Below are positions 23,494 through 37,605 of a DNA stretch of 64,000 nt, piece after piece. The stretch is from Octopus bimaculoides. Taxonomy: Eukaryota. The stretch covers positions 64,430,918-64,494,917 of the forward strand of contig NC_068992.1 of the NCBI RefSeq assembly GCF_001194135.2. Direction: 5' to 3'. The notes below the pieces were generated by a model that did no database searches, was not told where the DNA came from, and saw only the letters and a list, made by a program, of their open reading frames with translations. The translations under genes and the position numbers were made by a program. Position 1 is the stretch's first letter. Each line of letters starts with the position of its first letter.

Positions 23494-24369
23494 GAACAAA
23501 ACACAAACACAAAACAATTACATATTTTTGTTTTTGTATTTTTTCTTTTTCTGTTACTCCCCCCCACCTCCCACCAAATGCTTCCAAACTGAATGTTTTT
23601 AAAAACATTTCAAAGAAATTTTCCTATCATTTTTTTTCTTTTATTTCTCTTTTTATTCTATTCATCTTGACCTGCATTTATTGTCAAAGTTTTCGTTCCA
23701 CTTCAGACTTTAGGCAATCCACAATTACAGTTGGTACCTATTGGAAACAAATTGTTTTTGATTTTTTTAAAGAATTTTGATCTCTTCAGTAAATGAAATA
23801 TCAACAAAAAAAACAAAAAAAATGAAAAAAAAATGCCGTGCAATATTTTATTTAATTGCATCATTTTATGTTTTGAGTTCAAATCATGCCAAGGTTGCCT
23901 TTGTCTCTTTTATACTTACAGAGCTTTGATAGAATAAGTAAATACCAGATAAGTTCTGACAGATGATGATCTGATTGCCCCAGTCCTTCCACCAAATGTT
24001 TACCAATATCATCATCATCATCATCATTATGAAACATTCATTGTGGAGATAGTTTGAAGGCAAGTTGGAAGTCCTATGGTGATGGGAACAGGCAAATGGT
24101 GTTGCTGGAAGTTTCTAGCTGGAGTCTCACACATAGGTAGCAGAAAGGGTGATTGCTATTTCTTCATAGAATCCAAAAGTGCCAGCAAAATTTGTGTCCC
24201 CTTTATGTGGCAATCAGTCCTATCTAGCTGTAACACTGCTTCTCCAATATCGGAGGCGGGGCAACAAAAGGAACCCTAAAAAAATGTTTCCTTCAGTAAG
24301 CTTGGCATTAACTGCAGATGTCTCGCCACCCAGTTTATGGCAGTTGAGATAAAGATAAGAAAAATAAAA

Positions 24370-25400
24370 AGAAACGTGCTAATCTTTGGTTGTTGAAATG
24401 TAGGAACTTTACAAGACAGCAAAGATGGTCTGGAATGGAAAGCAGCACTAATTGCAAAGGTAATCAGCTCATATAATATCGATATTGCTGTTCTAAGTGA
24501 AACCAAGCTTGCAGACACTGATGAATTAGAAGTTGGAAATGGTTTCACATTGTTTTGAGTGGAAAGCTGGCAGATGAACCAAGAATTCATGGTGTTGGCT
24601 TTGCAATTAAATTGATTCTACTTTGCAAGTTGCCACCCATCTTTCAAGCTGTTGATGAGTGTCTCATGACATTCCATATACCCAAAGGTAATTCCTCGTC
24701 TATGTACATTATCAGTACATATGCACCTACTTTACAGCATCTGAATAAAAACACAACTTCTTCTATTCCAAATTGCAGATAGTTGTCAGTAAAATTCCGT
24801 ATTACGGCAGTCATATTGGTGGGTGATTTTAATGACAGGATAGAAAACAAACTCACAGCTTGGTCAAGAGTAATAGGAAAACATGGAACAGGAACGATGA
24901 ATGAAAGCAGTTTATGGGTGCTGTCCTTTTGTCAACCGTTTGGTCTAATAGTCACAAACATGGTATTTCAGCAGGCAGATAAATATAAAAACACCTGGAA
25001 GCATCCCTGGTCTGGTAACTGGAAGAGCAAAGATTGCAGTGATTTCAGATTAACCAAAGCTCACCAAAACACCTGAGCATTACTTGGATTACAGAACGGT
25101 TTGCAGTAAGGTGTTTGTTAAACCATATACAAAGAGGCCACTGAGATCCACTATACCTCTGAGAATAAATGTCTTCTTTAAAAAAATCCAGAAACAACAA
25201 AAATCTCAAAGCTACACGATAATACATGATCAATTCATGACAATGTGAATAAAAAAGTATTACATTTGGATTACTTTGAGAAACAAATGGTAGTGGTACT
25301 GATGTTTTGGTGGTGGCCCACCAGACATCAGCTGTTCCAGTCAAACATGCACAGACCAATTAAATGAGAGAAGACTACAGCAGATCAGCCATGCTTGTGG
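24370..25400 (+). mobile_element. RTE-clade LINE fragment (APE endonuclease region), decayed
   Basis: YNIDIAVLSETKL, SGKLADEPRIHGVGFAIK, ISTYAPTL, VILVGDFNDRI, IGKHG, TNMVFQQADKYKNTWKHPWS are RTE endonuclease motifs in shifted frames. Confidence 0.9.
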
Positions 25401-26539
25401 AAGCTTGTTGTCTTATGCATTTCACAATATGGTGGGGAAGACCTAAGTGTAAACCTGCATAAGATACCAATCAGTTGCTGATAGTTGTACATACTGGAGG
25501 CAGTGAACTCATTAGTACTGTAAGTCAGTGAAACACTCTTCAAATTCACAGTGTTACTGCTGTTTGCTGAGGCAAACCAAATCACCTCAACCACAGTTAG
25601 ATGAAGCTGGCTACTGAGAGGCTGTTGTGTCCCTAGCTTGTACATTTATCAGTTATGGGCACATAACTGTCACTACAATTGACCCAATGACTAGATATGA
25701 ATTATAAAACCTATAGCTTTTTTGTCCACTACCTCATCGACTCAGTAAACTGCATTGTTTCCCTTTTCTAGAGTTTACTTCCACTCCCACCTCTACTCCA
25801 CTGGAACCAGAACTTTTGTGCGAATCTTAAATCTTAACCCTTTCTGCCCCATTACTCTTACCACCACTCCCCCTGCATTCCTTCCTAATTAGGAAGTTTT
25901 TCTGTTCCCTTTCTGGAATAGACTGCATTTTTCCTTTTTATGGTTTGTCTTGCTCAAAGGAGGAGGAGGAGGAGGAGCAGCAGCAGTGCCCGTAGCCCCT
26001 TTCAGGGCTTCTGGAAGGGGTTTGAAGGGGAGAGGAAGGAGACAAAGAAATTAGAACTTGTAGGTTGCTACAGTAGAGAGCAACACACTGAGATATCATA
26101 TTGTCCTCAGACTAGAGACATGGTTCAAATTCTTGCTGCAGGCTACCCAGGGGTCAGGCAGCAGTGTTAAATCAGGTAATGGACTGACCGCTATCACCTT
26201 GAAACAACCAATTAGCTTCATACCATAAATCTGTATATTCAAGGTTGACCTAAAAATACAACCACAACAACATTGTTTAAATGAACAGGCGTCTTTATTA
26301 ATATCACAATAATATATTTACATAAACATTTTATAGTCTAAACTTTTCTTTTGAATGTGACCAAAATGCTACAGCAAGAATGTCTGCAATCATTGTCTTC
26401 TATTCAGTTATTGGTTAGTTCCAAAAATGGCCTTTTATTTCTTTCTTCCATAAAATCTCTTTAAATTAACATCTATGTTTTCTTTCTACTACTACTATTA
26501 TCATTATCATTATTATCATTATTATTATTATTATTATTA

Positions 26540-26760
26540 TTTAGATGGTGAGCTAGCGGAATCATTAGCGCTTTGGACAAAATGCTTAGCGGCGTTTCTG
26601 TTGGGTTTTTTTTTCTTCTCTCCTCAGTTCAAATCCCACCAAGGGCAGTTTTGTCTTTCATTCTTTCAGAGTCAATAAAATACAGTACTAGGGTCGATGT
26701 AATCGACTTGCCCCCTCCCCTCAAAATTACTGGCCTTGTGCTAAAATCTAAAAGAATTAT
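26540..26760 (+). mobile_element. SINE family A copy
   Basis: Same consensus, flanked by (TAT)n. Confidence 0.85.
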
Positions 26761-26781
26761 CATTATTATAGCTTATTACTT

Positions 26782-27039
26782 ATTTCATTTTGAAACTGTG
26801 TATCTTGAAACAATTAAAGCTATGAAAAATAGCATACAAATATTAACTTAAAGACCCTTTGGATAGAAAAAGTCAAAGGCTGTTCATAGGACACAAGTCT
26901 ACAGAATGTCATGTTTATAGGAGATATCGGTTCTTGTCCTATGAACAGTTTTCAACGTTTACTATCCAAAGCATTTTAAACCCAATGTTTATTATTTGTA
27001 GTTTTATTTGCTTTGAGATCCACTGTTCCAAAATAAAAT
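26782..27039. mobile_element. Second copy of the palindromic element (shorter centre)
   Basis: atttcattttgaaactgtgtatcttgaaacaattaaagctat vs rc of gtagttttatttgctttgagatccactgttccaaaataaaat; ggctgttcataggac pairs with gtcctatgaacagtt. Confidence 0.7.
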
Positions 27040-27214
27040 TATTTCACATTCCCTCAAAGTAGTTATGCGTCGTTATGTTGTCATTTTTTAATGACTGATT
27101 CATTAGAATGAGAATAAGTGAAGTTTGCTGAAGGGATATCTAAATTAATATTAAATTCATTAGTGATGCTTGTCATACCCTAGAAAATAATATTTTTCTT
27201 TTCTTTTGAACAAG

Positions 27215-27220
27215 TTTATT
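27215..27220 (-). promoter_or_regulatory. Candidate polyadenylation signal (AATAAA) of the THSD4-like gene
   Basis: First AATAAA I found on - downstream of the stop (~195 nt). The hexamer is common in AT-rich DNA. Confidence 0.25.
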
Positions 27221-27414
27221 AGCACTAACCAAGGTGTATTATGACAATCTGTGTGTAATATTAACATCTTTTGCCATGTTATAATTGGGTTAAAATAAAA
27301 CTGAGACCCAGGAAATTGATTGTGGTCTGTGTCGATAAAAGTTATACAGTAAAGTTTGTGAATTTAGATAAGTGTGTGTGTGTGTGTCTTGAAGAGAGGA
27401 GGCTGTTGATGGTT

Positions 27415-27545
27415 TTAGTGGAGCGAAGAGTTCTGTTGTGAACATGTGACACAGCACTTCTGTTTATAGACAGGGTTGTTACATAAGCGAGCTCTCATCA
27501 CAAGCTGGCAGTTTTTATGTCCATATTTGTCAACACAAGAGTGAT
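27415..27545 (-). CDS. THSD4: THSD4-like terminal exon, PLAC domain (DHSCVDKYGHKNCQLVMRARLCNNPVYKQKCCVTCSQQNSSLH*)
   Basis: PLAC six-Cys pattern C-x-D...NC-x-LV-x2-ARLC...CC-x2-C. gtcctttcag| acceptor, phase 1 matches the previous exon, TAA at 27417-27415. Confidence 0.95.
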
Positions 27546-28227
27546 CTGAAAGGACGAAAAAAGTCATAGTCAAAACAATATATTAATATTTATCATATTT
27601 CAATCCTTTTTCTAAGAGATAATAAATTGCAGTTAAATTTTGACTGGCAACACTTGTTGAACAAGTTCCACAGCATCTTTGATGAATTTATTGTAGCAAT
27701 CATCTTTTTATGGAAATATAAAACACAGTGACTCTAGCTGTAAATACACTTCAATTAAATCATTGTTTCATTGAGATGATTTGCTATATTTTGTTGGCAC
27801 ACAAACTTTCCATATGTTTAACATAAGCATTGGCAAAGATTCTCCAATGTTAATTGCAATCATTTGTTTAATTACACAAGTGATTCTGTATGTTCATGAT
27901 CCATGTGCAAATGTGATGCATGATCAATGCATGCCTTATTCACTTCGTAACACATCTATAAGTAGCAATGGTTTCCCATTCTTGTTCAGTGGCAGACAAT
28001 ACAGGCATACGAGTTTCAAGTGCAGACTCCTTGTATGATACTCTGACTGTTTCCCTGTTTTATACCTTGTGAAATATCAGTATATATGTATATATGGATG
28101 GATAGATGGATGGACGAATAATGACAAATCTTCATATGTGGTTCATTACAATACTGAACTAAACATGAAAAAGCAACAACATAGACCATAAATCAGATAA
28201 CCAACCAATCTATAAATCAATACTTAC

Positions 28228-28375
28228 CAATGTTGGTCGAGGGGACCCGGCAGCTGTGAATATTACATTTCTTGGTTTTGGGTGGCATTTCAGTGCAGTT
28301 GGTTGATGGTTTAAATTCTTTATTGAAACATTTTACTTGTCTGGTTTGCTGTCCTTCTCCGCAAGTTGAACTGCA
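28228..28375 (-). CDS. THSD4: THSD4-like exon, last TSP1 repeat (CSSTCGEGQQTRQVKCFNKEFKPSTNCTEMPPKTKKCNIHSCRVPSTNI)
   Basis: Manual translation. aattgtag| and attg|gtaagt, 148 nt, phase 0 to 1. Confidence 0.93.
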
Positions 28376-30889
28376 CTACAATTCAGAGATATAGACATAT
28401 ATATATATATATATAAAGAAGGAAATGCACTGACATCATATATTCACTATGAAACTCCATTCCGTTTTTATACCAGTTTCACTTTTAAAAGTTAATCATT
28501 GTTTTATACTTAGTGATGCTATGAATTCTTAACTTGTTGTTAATAGTAATTGGAGTGATAATAAATAAAACATTTTGTGTCTTATAATGATAATTATAAA
28601 GATAATAATAAATGCCCTGATGCAATACCAGACATCAGCTCTCATGGCTTCTGTTCTTAATTGATTGGAAGTGTTATCATGTACATGTTTTGTCTTGGTG
28701 TAAAAAGATGGGCTACAACAAATATTCTGCTCAATACCACAGCTTTACTAGTCAGTTGTTTGACCGTAACCAGTTGATCATGTCCCTTAATGGCTGGCGA
28801 TATGTGCATCTCTGATCATGAGCAGAAGTAGTGGGGGAGCATCATAGCCATGTGTTGAGAGGAATTTATTGGAGTTTCAATAATTCACCTCTCAACACAT
28901 AGGTGTTTTATTTAACATCCTTAAACAACCCTTATTCAGGGACTTTTTGAGCGGGATGGGCTACTCAACCTGAAAAAAATTCTCACTGGGCCCACCTGCA
29001 AAGTCATGTGCTGTTTATCTTGATATGAGATCACCACGTCACGCACATATGCCTAGTGTACCCTTATCACACGGGTAGTCATGATGGGTGTACTGGGCTT
29101 TGTATAATTGTACCACAGTCACTTTGATGGCATGCACTGTTCTCCCTCACTCAATAATAATAATAATAAATCAATTGCTAACATATTAATTATTTATATT
29201 AATTATACATAATTAAGTGGTCAATATTTTCCAGTGAATAGAATGCTTCATTGATCCACTGTTCAGATGTTCCATCTGTACACTGCTATAAAGAAGAAAA
29301 AAAAATTGAATTGGTGATTACATGCATAGGAATGTATATGTTTCTCTAAAAGATATTTGTAAGCAGGAAATCTAATTTGCTCTTGGTGTAGTGTCATTCA
29401 TTTTCTTGAAATCTGTCAATTGTGTCTTGTATAATTCTCTTCACATCTTGAATATATTATTTACTAAATCAGATTTTCAGATGCCCACGTTTAATTATTG
29501 TTTACCTTAAAATATTGTCTTTGTTTAAAATGGAATTCTGATCTTTTGGACAATATAAAGTATATTCCGCAGTTTGATCCTCTATGTTTTTTAACTATTG
29601 ACTTTGTTGTCATTGTATACAAGTGTTAACATTTTCTTTAATGATTTTGGTCATCTTTTATATTTTAGTCTAGTGTGTGTGTTTGTAAATCCCAATTCAT
29701 CCTGGTGTCATTTTCCAGCATTGGTACATTTGAAAAATAACATTACATGCTTTATTGTTTCTGTAATTGCGAAGAGCAATATAGAGCAACATTTTCAATT
29801 CAAATATTTTATTTTGTTTCACCTGTCTTAGAATCTGGGCGTCAGTTGTCTTGGCTCATTGTACCCCATCATCTATTATGAACAGTGGATAATATGCACA
29901 TCAACAAATATCTTTCCATGAGTGTATCTTTTAAATTCTTGAAGTCGTATATCCATATTATTTATATTGGGCATGGATGTGTGTGTGTGTGTGTGTGGCG
30001 GGGGACAATAAGTCTTCTCAAATATTAAGAATCTTTCTTAGGATTGTAGCAGAATACAGGATTGTATTTTCCTTCTGGTTGACATTGTGAGTCACAGTAT
30101 CCAATATGTTTTAGTCTTGGAGGCAGAAGTTTGGGTGTTGTGCCAAATGCAATGGCTACCACAGGAATAATTGTCATCATCGTCTTCCACAGACTCAGCT
30201 AGTTACCTTTTAAGTTCTTCAGGTTCGACTTTATCTTTCATCCTTTCAGAGTTGATAAAATAAATTACCAGTTGAACACCATCACCTAGACGTTTCGATT
30301 TCGTTTTGGAAGTGAATGAACCAGTGGCATTGATAAGCTGCAATACAGCGAAATACGTATCTGCTGCTCTCGTGTTCAGTTCTGGGGCGATGTCGTTTCA
30401 CCGAGCTCTGAAGTATAGTGCGCATTTGAACATTATACGTCTTTAATGAGATTTTTCCCAGACGAAAAACTGCAGCTTTTTGGCATTTGAAGAACTCACG
30501 TGAGTCAACTATGTGATATTGGTAATGTTTATAGTATAGAGCTGTTTCTATTACGGGATCTGAATTTATGATACAAAAGTGATTAGACATGTTCCTCCTG
30601 ACCCATGCAAAAGTAAATCAGAAGAATCCATTTCAAAGAAGCTTGCCAAACTCTCCTGGCCTGTGTCTCTTCAACACAGGGGGGGGGGGCGTTTCGATGC
30701 GCATGACTACTTCCATGACATGAAAGACTTTTAAAACGATGGGCCAAAGGGAAGAAAGAAAAAGAGAAAATAAACACGGGCGTTTCTCACTGNNNNNNNN
30801 NNTGTCCTATTTTCCATAAACACACACACACACACATATTTACACATACTTACACACATATATGTATATATATATATACATACATACAT

Positions 30890-30938
<49 letters not shown>

Positions 30939-32058
30939 GACACATACACACAACACATATACGTGTATGTGTGTATTCGAGTAGTATATCCTTAATTTAT
31001 GGTCATAACCGGCCAGAAAGTTGCTATTGGTTTCGCGTCTGCTATTGCTCTCACCGATATAGACGGCTCATCAATCATGCTGACCGGAAGTACATAACCT
31101 CTTTAGGCAATACAGACAACATACTGACTGGAAGCACACAGCCTTTTCACTGTAAAAAGGCAATGTGTTTCTGGCCAGAATGTCTGATGAGTTATCTATA
31201 TTGCTGAGTGCAAATAGTAGATGCGAAGCCAATGATAACTTTCTGACCAGTTATTGCCATAATTAAGGATATACGACTTGAATACGTAAATATATGTATA
31301 ACTATTCTAAATTTCCTTTAGAATGTGCCTTTTTTTCATGTATGGGAAACTGTCAGATGTGTGTGTGTTCACCTTTCATTACTACATACATACCCATACA
31401 GAATGTGTATGTAAGTCACAGAAAAGCTATGTCTATTAAGAACATGCTTGTACAAAAAAAAGGAGACAACCTATTTGAAAGAGAAAAAAAATAACTATGT
31501 ACTACTGAAAAGTATGATAAACTTCAACTGCAAACCACTTAAGCAGTAAGATTGAGATAACAAAGAAATGTCTGAAGGAAAATAAAATTTATTTATTCAA
31601 CTGACACAGGCAAATGGCACCTGATTACGCAAAAGAATGGAGATAAGGAGAAAAAAACAGAAGTTCACAGAATATTCTTGGTTCTGAACACACAGTTAAT
31701 CACGAAACCTACGCACTGAACAAAAATCGTCAATATTGGATAATTCGACGGTTGTCGTTCTGGCATAAGACTGTGAAGTAACCGAGTGTGACCAACTGTA
31801 ATTATTTATAATAATAGATATTTGCTCTACTTAGAAATTCAGTACTTTTAGTTTGTTCATAATAAAAGATTATAGCTTGAGGAAGAGTGAAACAAAGTGC
31901 GAGTTTGTGTGTGTATGCGTACATGTGTGTGTATGTGTGTTTGCACGCGTATGTACCTGTGCATGTGTGTGTGTGCGTGTGAGAGAGAGAGAGAAAAAGA
32001 CAAAAGATTAAGAGAAAGAACCAGAGATGGGGGAAGAGATGGAAGATTGTATATTTAC

Positions 32059-32238
32059 CTCGCCCCATTCCGTGAGAAACCAGTCTGTATCACATGAAGA
32101 GACAACACAGTTTTCTTGAGTAACAGGTTTCTCGTCTTGGCAATTCTCCTCGGAAACAACATGTAGCGAATTGAGGCCGAACTTCTTGAGACAAGCGACC
32201 TCTCGGGTCCGTTGTCCCTTACCACAATCAGCTGAACA
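32059..32238 (-). CDS. THSD4: THSD4-like exon, TSP1 repeat (CSADCGKGQRTREVACLKKFGLNSLHVVSEENCQDEKPVTQENCVVSSCDTDWFLTEWGE)
   Basis: Manual translation (the ORF track shows another frame). ttggttctag| and gag|gtaaat, 180 nt, phase 0-0. Confidence 0.95.
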
Positions 32239-34400
32239 CTAGAACCAAAAGACATTGAAATATTCCGTTACCAACATAAATTCATTTAAGCAATAGTAAG
32301 TGAAAACTCGCTGCTGGTCGAACACGAGAAATCTTCAGAGGAAGAAATTTGGCCCGTTCCGGACCCATCTAATTAGTGACTCCTAGATGTCCTTATGTTG
32401 TTATTTAAATACCACTTTTAACGGGGATTGCATTCGGAATCCCTGGGTGCTCTTATCGCTGAGCCAACTGCTGCAAACTGGCTTTCCTTCGTTCTGTGTT
32501 TAGTGGTCTGCTGTATTCGTCTCAGTTACAACTGGCATTCCTTTTCGCACATAATCACATTTAGAGACATACTAAGTAACGTTGAATGCACTATAGGCGT
32601 GTACAAGCATATCTAACATATCGTATGCACTCGGACATGGAAAGGCATACGTTGCAGACATTGCCTCGAGAGAAACAGTTCTCCATATTGACCATATACA
32701 GTAATCCCTGGCCATATCGTGGTTCACCCATCGCACACTCAGTACATCGCGGATTTTTCTGGCTAATGTATGTAAACTTATATCATGAACTCCTGCAGGT
32801 TTCTGCGGCCAATAGGTATTTATATTTTTTAGATTTTAATTATTTCTGTGGGAAGTTTTGGAACGTAATACCCACGACAGTCGAGGGACCACCGTTTGTG
32901 AAAAATACATCATTGCGCTATGAATGGTGTTATCAAACAGTAGGACACATGCATTTCTGCAACGTTGCGCATCATCAGCTACAAGTACCTAGTCATACTC
33001 CATAGCCATTAGAAACAGGTTGTTCTTATATTAATTTCAGCTTCTCAAAACTTTGCGCACACCAATAAATTCATCATTTGCTGATTTAATATAAAAACAA
33101 CCTGTTTTTGGTGTCTACGAAGGACGACTTGGTATCATTTGCTTTTCATATATATAGTCTGTTAGGAGAATATTTTTCTCCAGAAATAATTTCTGCAGCG
33201 TATGTCTTTCCATGCCCAGTTGTACACGAACATGTTGAATATTATTGTGAACACTTATAAATTTGTTTGTTCTCCACTAGGTCAAACAAGCTGCCTGATT
33301 TAACGCCACAAGGTTTATTGTGTTGTAAGTGCTAGAACTGCCAGACCCTCGCTTTTTTATCCGCCTACATAGTTTTCACTTATTCTTAAGTCGGCTCTGA
33401 TCAAACAGTTCTATGATCTACTTATCTCTGCCATGACCACCCTGTCCTTTTAGGGGCATTTTCTATGGCCTCATTATCTAATTTATCCTTCCAGTATTTA
33501 AATGGTGGGATACAATTTGAAGGGTGTTTGGTTTCTATTTCTAGCAGGTTGATCGACCATGTAAAGGGCCCCCCACTTCCTATATTTTCTCCTACAGATA
33601 GATGTTCATGTCTATCTTTAGATCACTAATCTAGGGGTGTGACTTGTAGAGGTCATGGACTTGAGAACTTTCTCCTTTCTTAAATCAGAAAACCTGTCGT
33701 CTGCGACAGGTAATGGCTGCGTGGTTGACCCTGAAAAATAAGATCTATGTTAAAAGACGTTCCAACTGCAACCACCCCTTGTTCTCTTGCGTCATGGAGT
33801 TCATTATTCAACGCACCCTTTTTCTTTTAAGACAGCAGTGTGATTTGAGGGGTGTCTGTTAACTGTTTTTAGTCAGTTTTATACGTAAAGACTCGGCAAG
33901 TGTTTTTATTTTTTAAGAGCACCAAAGATAAATATATGCAAAAATGGGAAAAGATTTTAGAGAATTGTCTATCTGAAGAGCACAAACTAACAAGAAACCC
34001 CTCGAGGCCACACGAGTCTTGGCTTACTAAAATAGCAGCCATTGGAATGCTTTTGATCATAGAACTACTCGATTAAGGCTGACCTGGGGCTAAACTACAA
34101 CAACAACTATAACCTCCACGTAGTGTTCAAATTGTTAGAAACAGCAGCCAAATCACCTTGAAATTATACTTTAGTTGCTGTCTTGAGGAAGAAGAGAATA
34201 CATTTCCAGCCATGATAACTCTGTTACGACCATATAGTCCTCTATGTCTTCTGTTACTCTTTTAAGGCATTTGGTGTGGTTTTGTCTGTTATTTCTAGCA
34301 AGCCGAACGACCGTCTATAGGTTACTCCTTTGTTAGGTAATGGTTTATTATTAAGACATTAACTCTGTCAGACTGAAATTAAAAGCAACGAACTGCTTAC

Positions 34401-34856
34401 CTCACTCCATGCTCCAGTGAACCATATACCTCCGCAAGGATGACTGCTGCTGCATGGAGTTTTGAACTCGGGTTTTTTCAAACGATCACAGCGTGAAGAT
34501 GACAGTAAATTGCCGTCATTTGAAACACAAATGACCTGCCTTGTGGTAAATCCTGAACCGCAGTTGCTAGAACACTTATTGGACCACTTCGAAACGTACC
34601 ATTTCGGTGGACAATGCTGTGCCTGACATAATTCAGTTCTATGAGGTTTGGGTTTGGGACAGAAACGTCCTGGTATTGACGTTCCTAAATGTGGGCTAAC
34701 ACACTTGACTAATCTCTTTCTTCTGCTTCCTTGACCGCATTCTGGTTTACATCTACCCCACGCCTTCACCAGCCATTTTCCACACGGGTTATTTTGGCAC
34801 TGCCGTACAGCCGCTGGTCTCGGTGTCTTACTGCATCTTTCTGCGGACACTTTCAG
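34401..34856 (-). CDS. THSD4: THSD4-like exon, TSP1 repeats (LKVSAERC...WYVSKWSNKCSSNCGSG...WFTGAWSE)
   Basis: ORF 34368-34922; WSxxCSxxCG with one extra residue, as in THSD4/ADAMTSL4. ttgtttcag| and gag|gtaagc, 456 nt, phase 0-0. Confidence 0.95.
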
Positions 34857-35339
34857 CTGAAACAAAAAAAACAAAAACAGACGATTAACAACACCACCAA
34901 ACAATAACAACAACAACAACAAAACGATGTTGTATTACGTGGTACATTGTGAAGGCGTGTAAACACGTCCAATTGTTGATGGGGCAATTGGTTAGTGCTT
35001 ATGGATGTATGTGTACATTTATACTCTTATACACTGTACGTTAATGGAAATTAAACAAAAGGGAAAACATAACGAACTCTTAAACAAACCGGATAAAATG
35101 TATTGTGGAATATTTACCGCAACTCACCTCGGTGGACATCTAGACGTTTCGGAGACTAATTAATTTGTCATCCGCAATTGAAGAGATGACTTTAATCGTT
35201 TATTATAAATCAAAAGGAGAAAATAACACACATACATACACTCATGTGCGCCCGCATGTACTTACATACGGACATAAACATATACATTATATGTATAAAG
35301 TTTTATATATCTTACATGTATATATATATATTCTTGTAT

Positions 35340-35520
35340 TCTTTTACTTGTTTCAGTCATTTGACTGCGGCCATGCTAGAGCATCGCCTTTAGCCCCCTT
35401 GGACTTATTCTTTGTAAGCCTAGTGCTTATTCTATCGGTCACTTTTACCGAACTGCTAGTTTACGGGGACGTAAACACACCAACAACGGTTGTCAAGCGA
35501 TGGTGGGGGGGATAAACACA
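35340..35520 (-). mobile_element. SINE family C 3' half
   Basis: cttttacttgtttcagtcatttgactgcggccatgct...gtcaagcgatggtggggg. Confidence 0.85.
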
Positions 35521-35880
35521 TACACACAAGTATATACATACATACATACATACATACATAATACATACATACATACAAGGGAAAGGTAAATCCTGATACA
35601 GCTTGGCCCCAATGAGGTCGCAACTTGTTTCTACAGCTGAGTGAACTGGAGCAACGTGAAATAAAGTGTCTTGCTCAAGAACACAACACACAGTTCGGCC
35701 CGGGAATCAAACTCACTACCGCATGGTTGAGAACCCGATGCTCTAACTACTGAATCATCCATATATATGCATTTACGTATGTATGTATGAATGTATGCGT
35801 GTGTGGGTGCGTATGCGTGCGTGCATGTGTGTATGTTTTAATATTTCACTCTTAAACATTGCGAGACTCTTTTTCTTATT

Positions 35881-35919
<39 letters not shown>

Positions 35920-35944
35920 TGTGTGTGTTTGTGTGTCTGTGTCT

Positions 35945-36125
35945 GTCCCCCCACTATCACTTGACAACCGATGCCAGTGTGTTTACGTCTCGGTTAAATA
36001 GCGGTTCGGTAAAAGAGACCGATGAAATAAGTACTAGGCTTACAAAGAATAAGTTCTGGAGTCGATTTGTTTGACTGAAGGCGGTGCTCCAGCATGGCCG
36101 CAGTCAAATGATTGAAACAAATAAA
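35945..36125 (+). mobile_element. SINE family C 3' half, inverted relative to 35340-35520
   Basis: cccccactatcacttgacaaccgatg...ccagcatggccgcagtcaaatgattgaaacaaataaaag. Confidence 0.85.
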
Positions 36126-36128
36126 AGA

Positions 36129-36165
<37 letters not shown>

Positions 36166-36471
36166 AGGTCAAAAAAACACAACATACGGAAATCGTCAAA
36201 ACAGTAATCCGGAGAAGGACGATAGCACAACAACGGCAAACAGGACAAAATAAGACATACGTATCATTGGCAGCCAATTGCTTCTTCAGTCGTAGTCTGG
36301 AATGTCCACGTAGTTTCGCCCAGAGTACATACATGTATAATGAATGTGTGCATGTATATATTCATGAGTAAATGTACACCCACGCAATTGCAGAGTAGAT
36401 TGCTGAACGCTTAATTATAGTCCCCATGACGGTTTATAAAATATCCATACAGAACGTTACATACGTTTGAG

Positions 36472-36503
<32 letters not shown>

Positions 36504-36689
36504 TGTATGTTATTCACTCTTCTGCGTGCACAATAGTTTGTGGAACTTTTAACTTGGCTCCATATGTTGGTTTTCCTTTGTCAAGATTGCAACAAGAGAC
36601 CATGTGTCAGGGAGGACATTAAGTTGTTACATTGAAGATAAATGTAGGATTTTCAAGGATATCATAGAAACAGGCATACACATATGAAT

Positions 36690-36834
36690 ACGCGCCTTTA
36701 TATATATGTATATATGTGTACACATACGCACATATGTATGTATATATGTATGACATACATAGGTGTATCTTTATATATATGTACAGACACACACACACAT
36801 ACAAATATACATATATACATGTATACATACATGC

Positions 36835-36880
<46 letters not shown>

Positions 36881-37150
36881 TTATATATATACACACACAC
36901 ATACATATGCGGGTGCACACACACACGCACATGTGTGTATGTATATGTATATATGTATATATATGTATATATACATGCATATGTATATGTATATATACGT
37001 ATATATGAATATATGTATATGTATATATACGTATATATGAATATATATATATGTATATATATATATGTATATATATATATGTAAATATATATATGTATAT
37101 ATATATGTATACATATACATATGTATATGTACATATATATATATATATAT
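36690..37150. repeat. Long (TA)/(TG)/(CA) low-complexity region
   Basis: Direct reading; source of the poly-IY/YI pseudo-ORFs. Confidence 0.9.
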
Positions 37151-37511
37151 NNNNNNNNNNNNNNNNNNNNNNNNNNNNNNNNNNNNNNNNNNNNNNNNNN
37201 NNNNNNNNNNNNNNNNNNNNNNNNNNNNNNNNNNNNNNNNNNNNNNNNNNNNNNNNNNNNNNNNNNNNNNNNNNNNNNNNNNNNNNNNNNNNNNNNNNNN
37301 NNNNNNNNNNNNNNNNNNNNNNNNNNNNNNNNNNNNNNNNNNNNNNNNNNNNNNNNNNNNNNNNNNNNNNNNNNNNNNNNNNNNNNNNNNNNNNNNNNNN
37401 NNNNNNNNNNNNNNNNNNNNNNNNNNNNNNNNNNNNNNNNNNNNNNNNNNNNNNNNNNNNNNNNNNNNNNNNNNNNNNNNNNNNNNNNNNNNNNNNNNNN
37501 NNNNNNNNNNN

Positions 37512-37605
<94 letters not shown>

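Noticed and set aside
30282-33100. Several 60-140-aa ORFs in THSD4-like introns
   Set aside because: No recognisable motifs; the lengths are compatible with chance, and one is the wrong frame of the real 32059-32238 exon.
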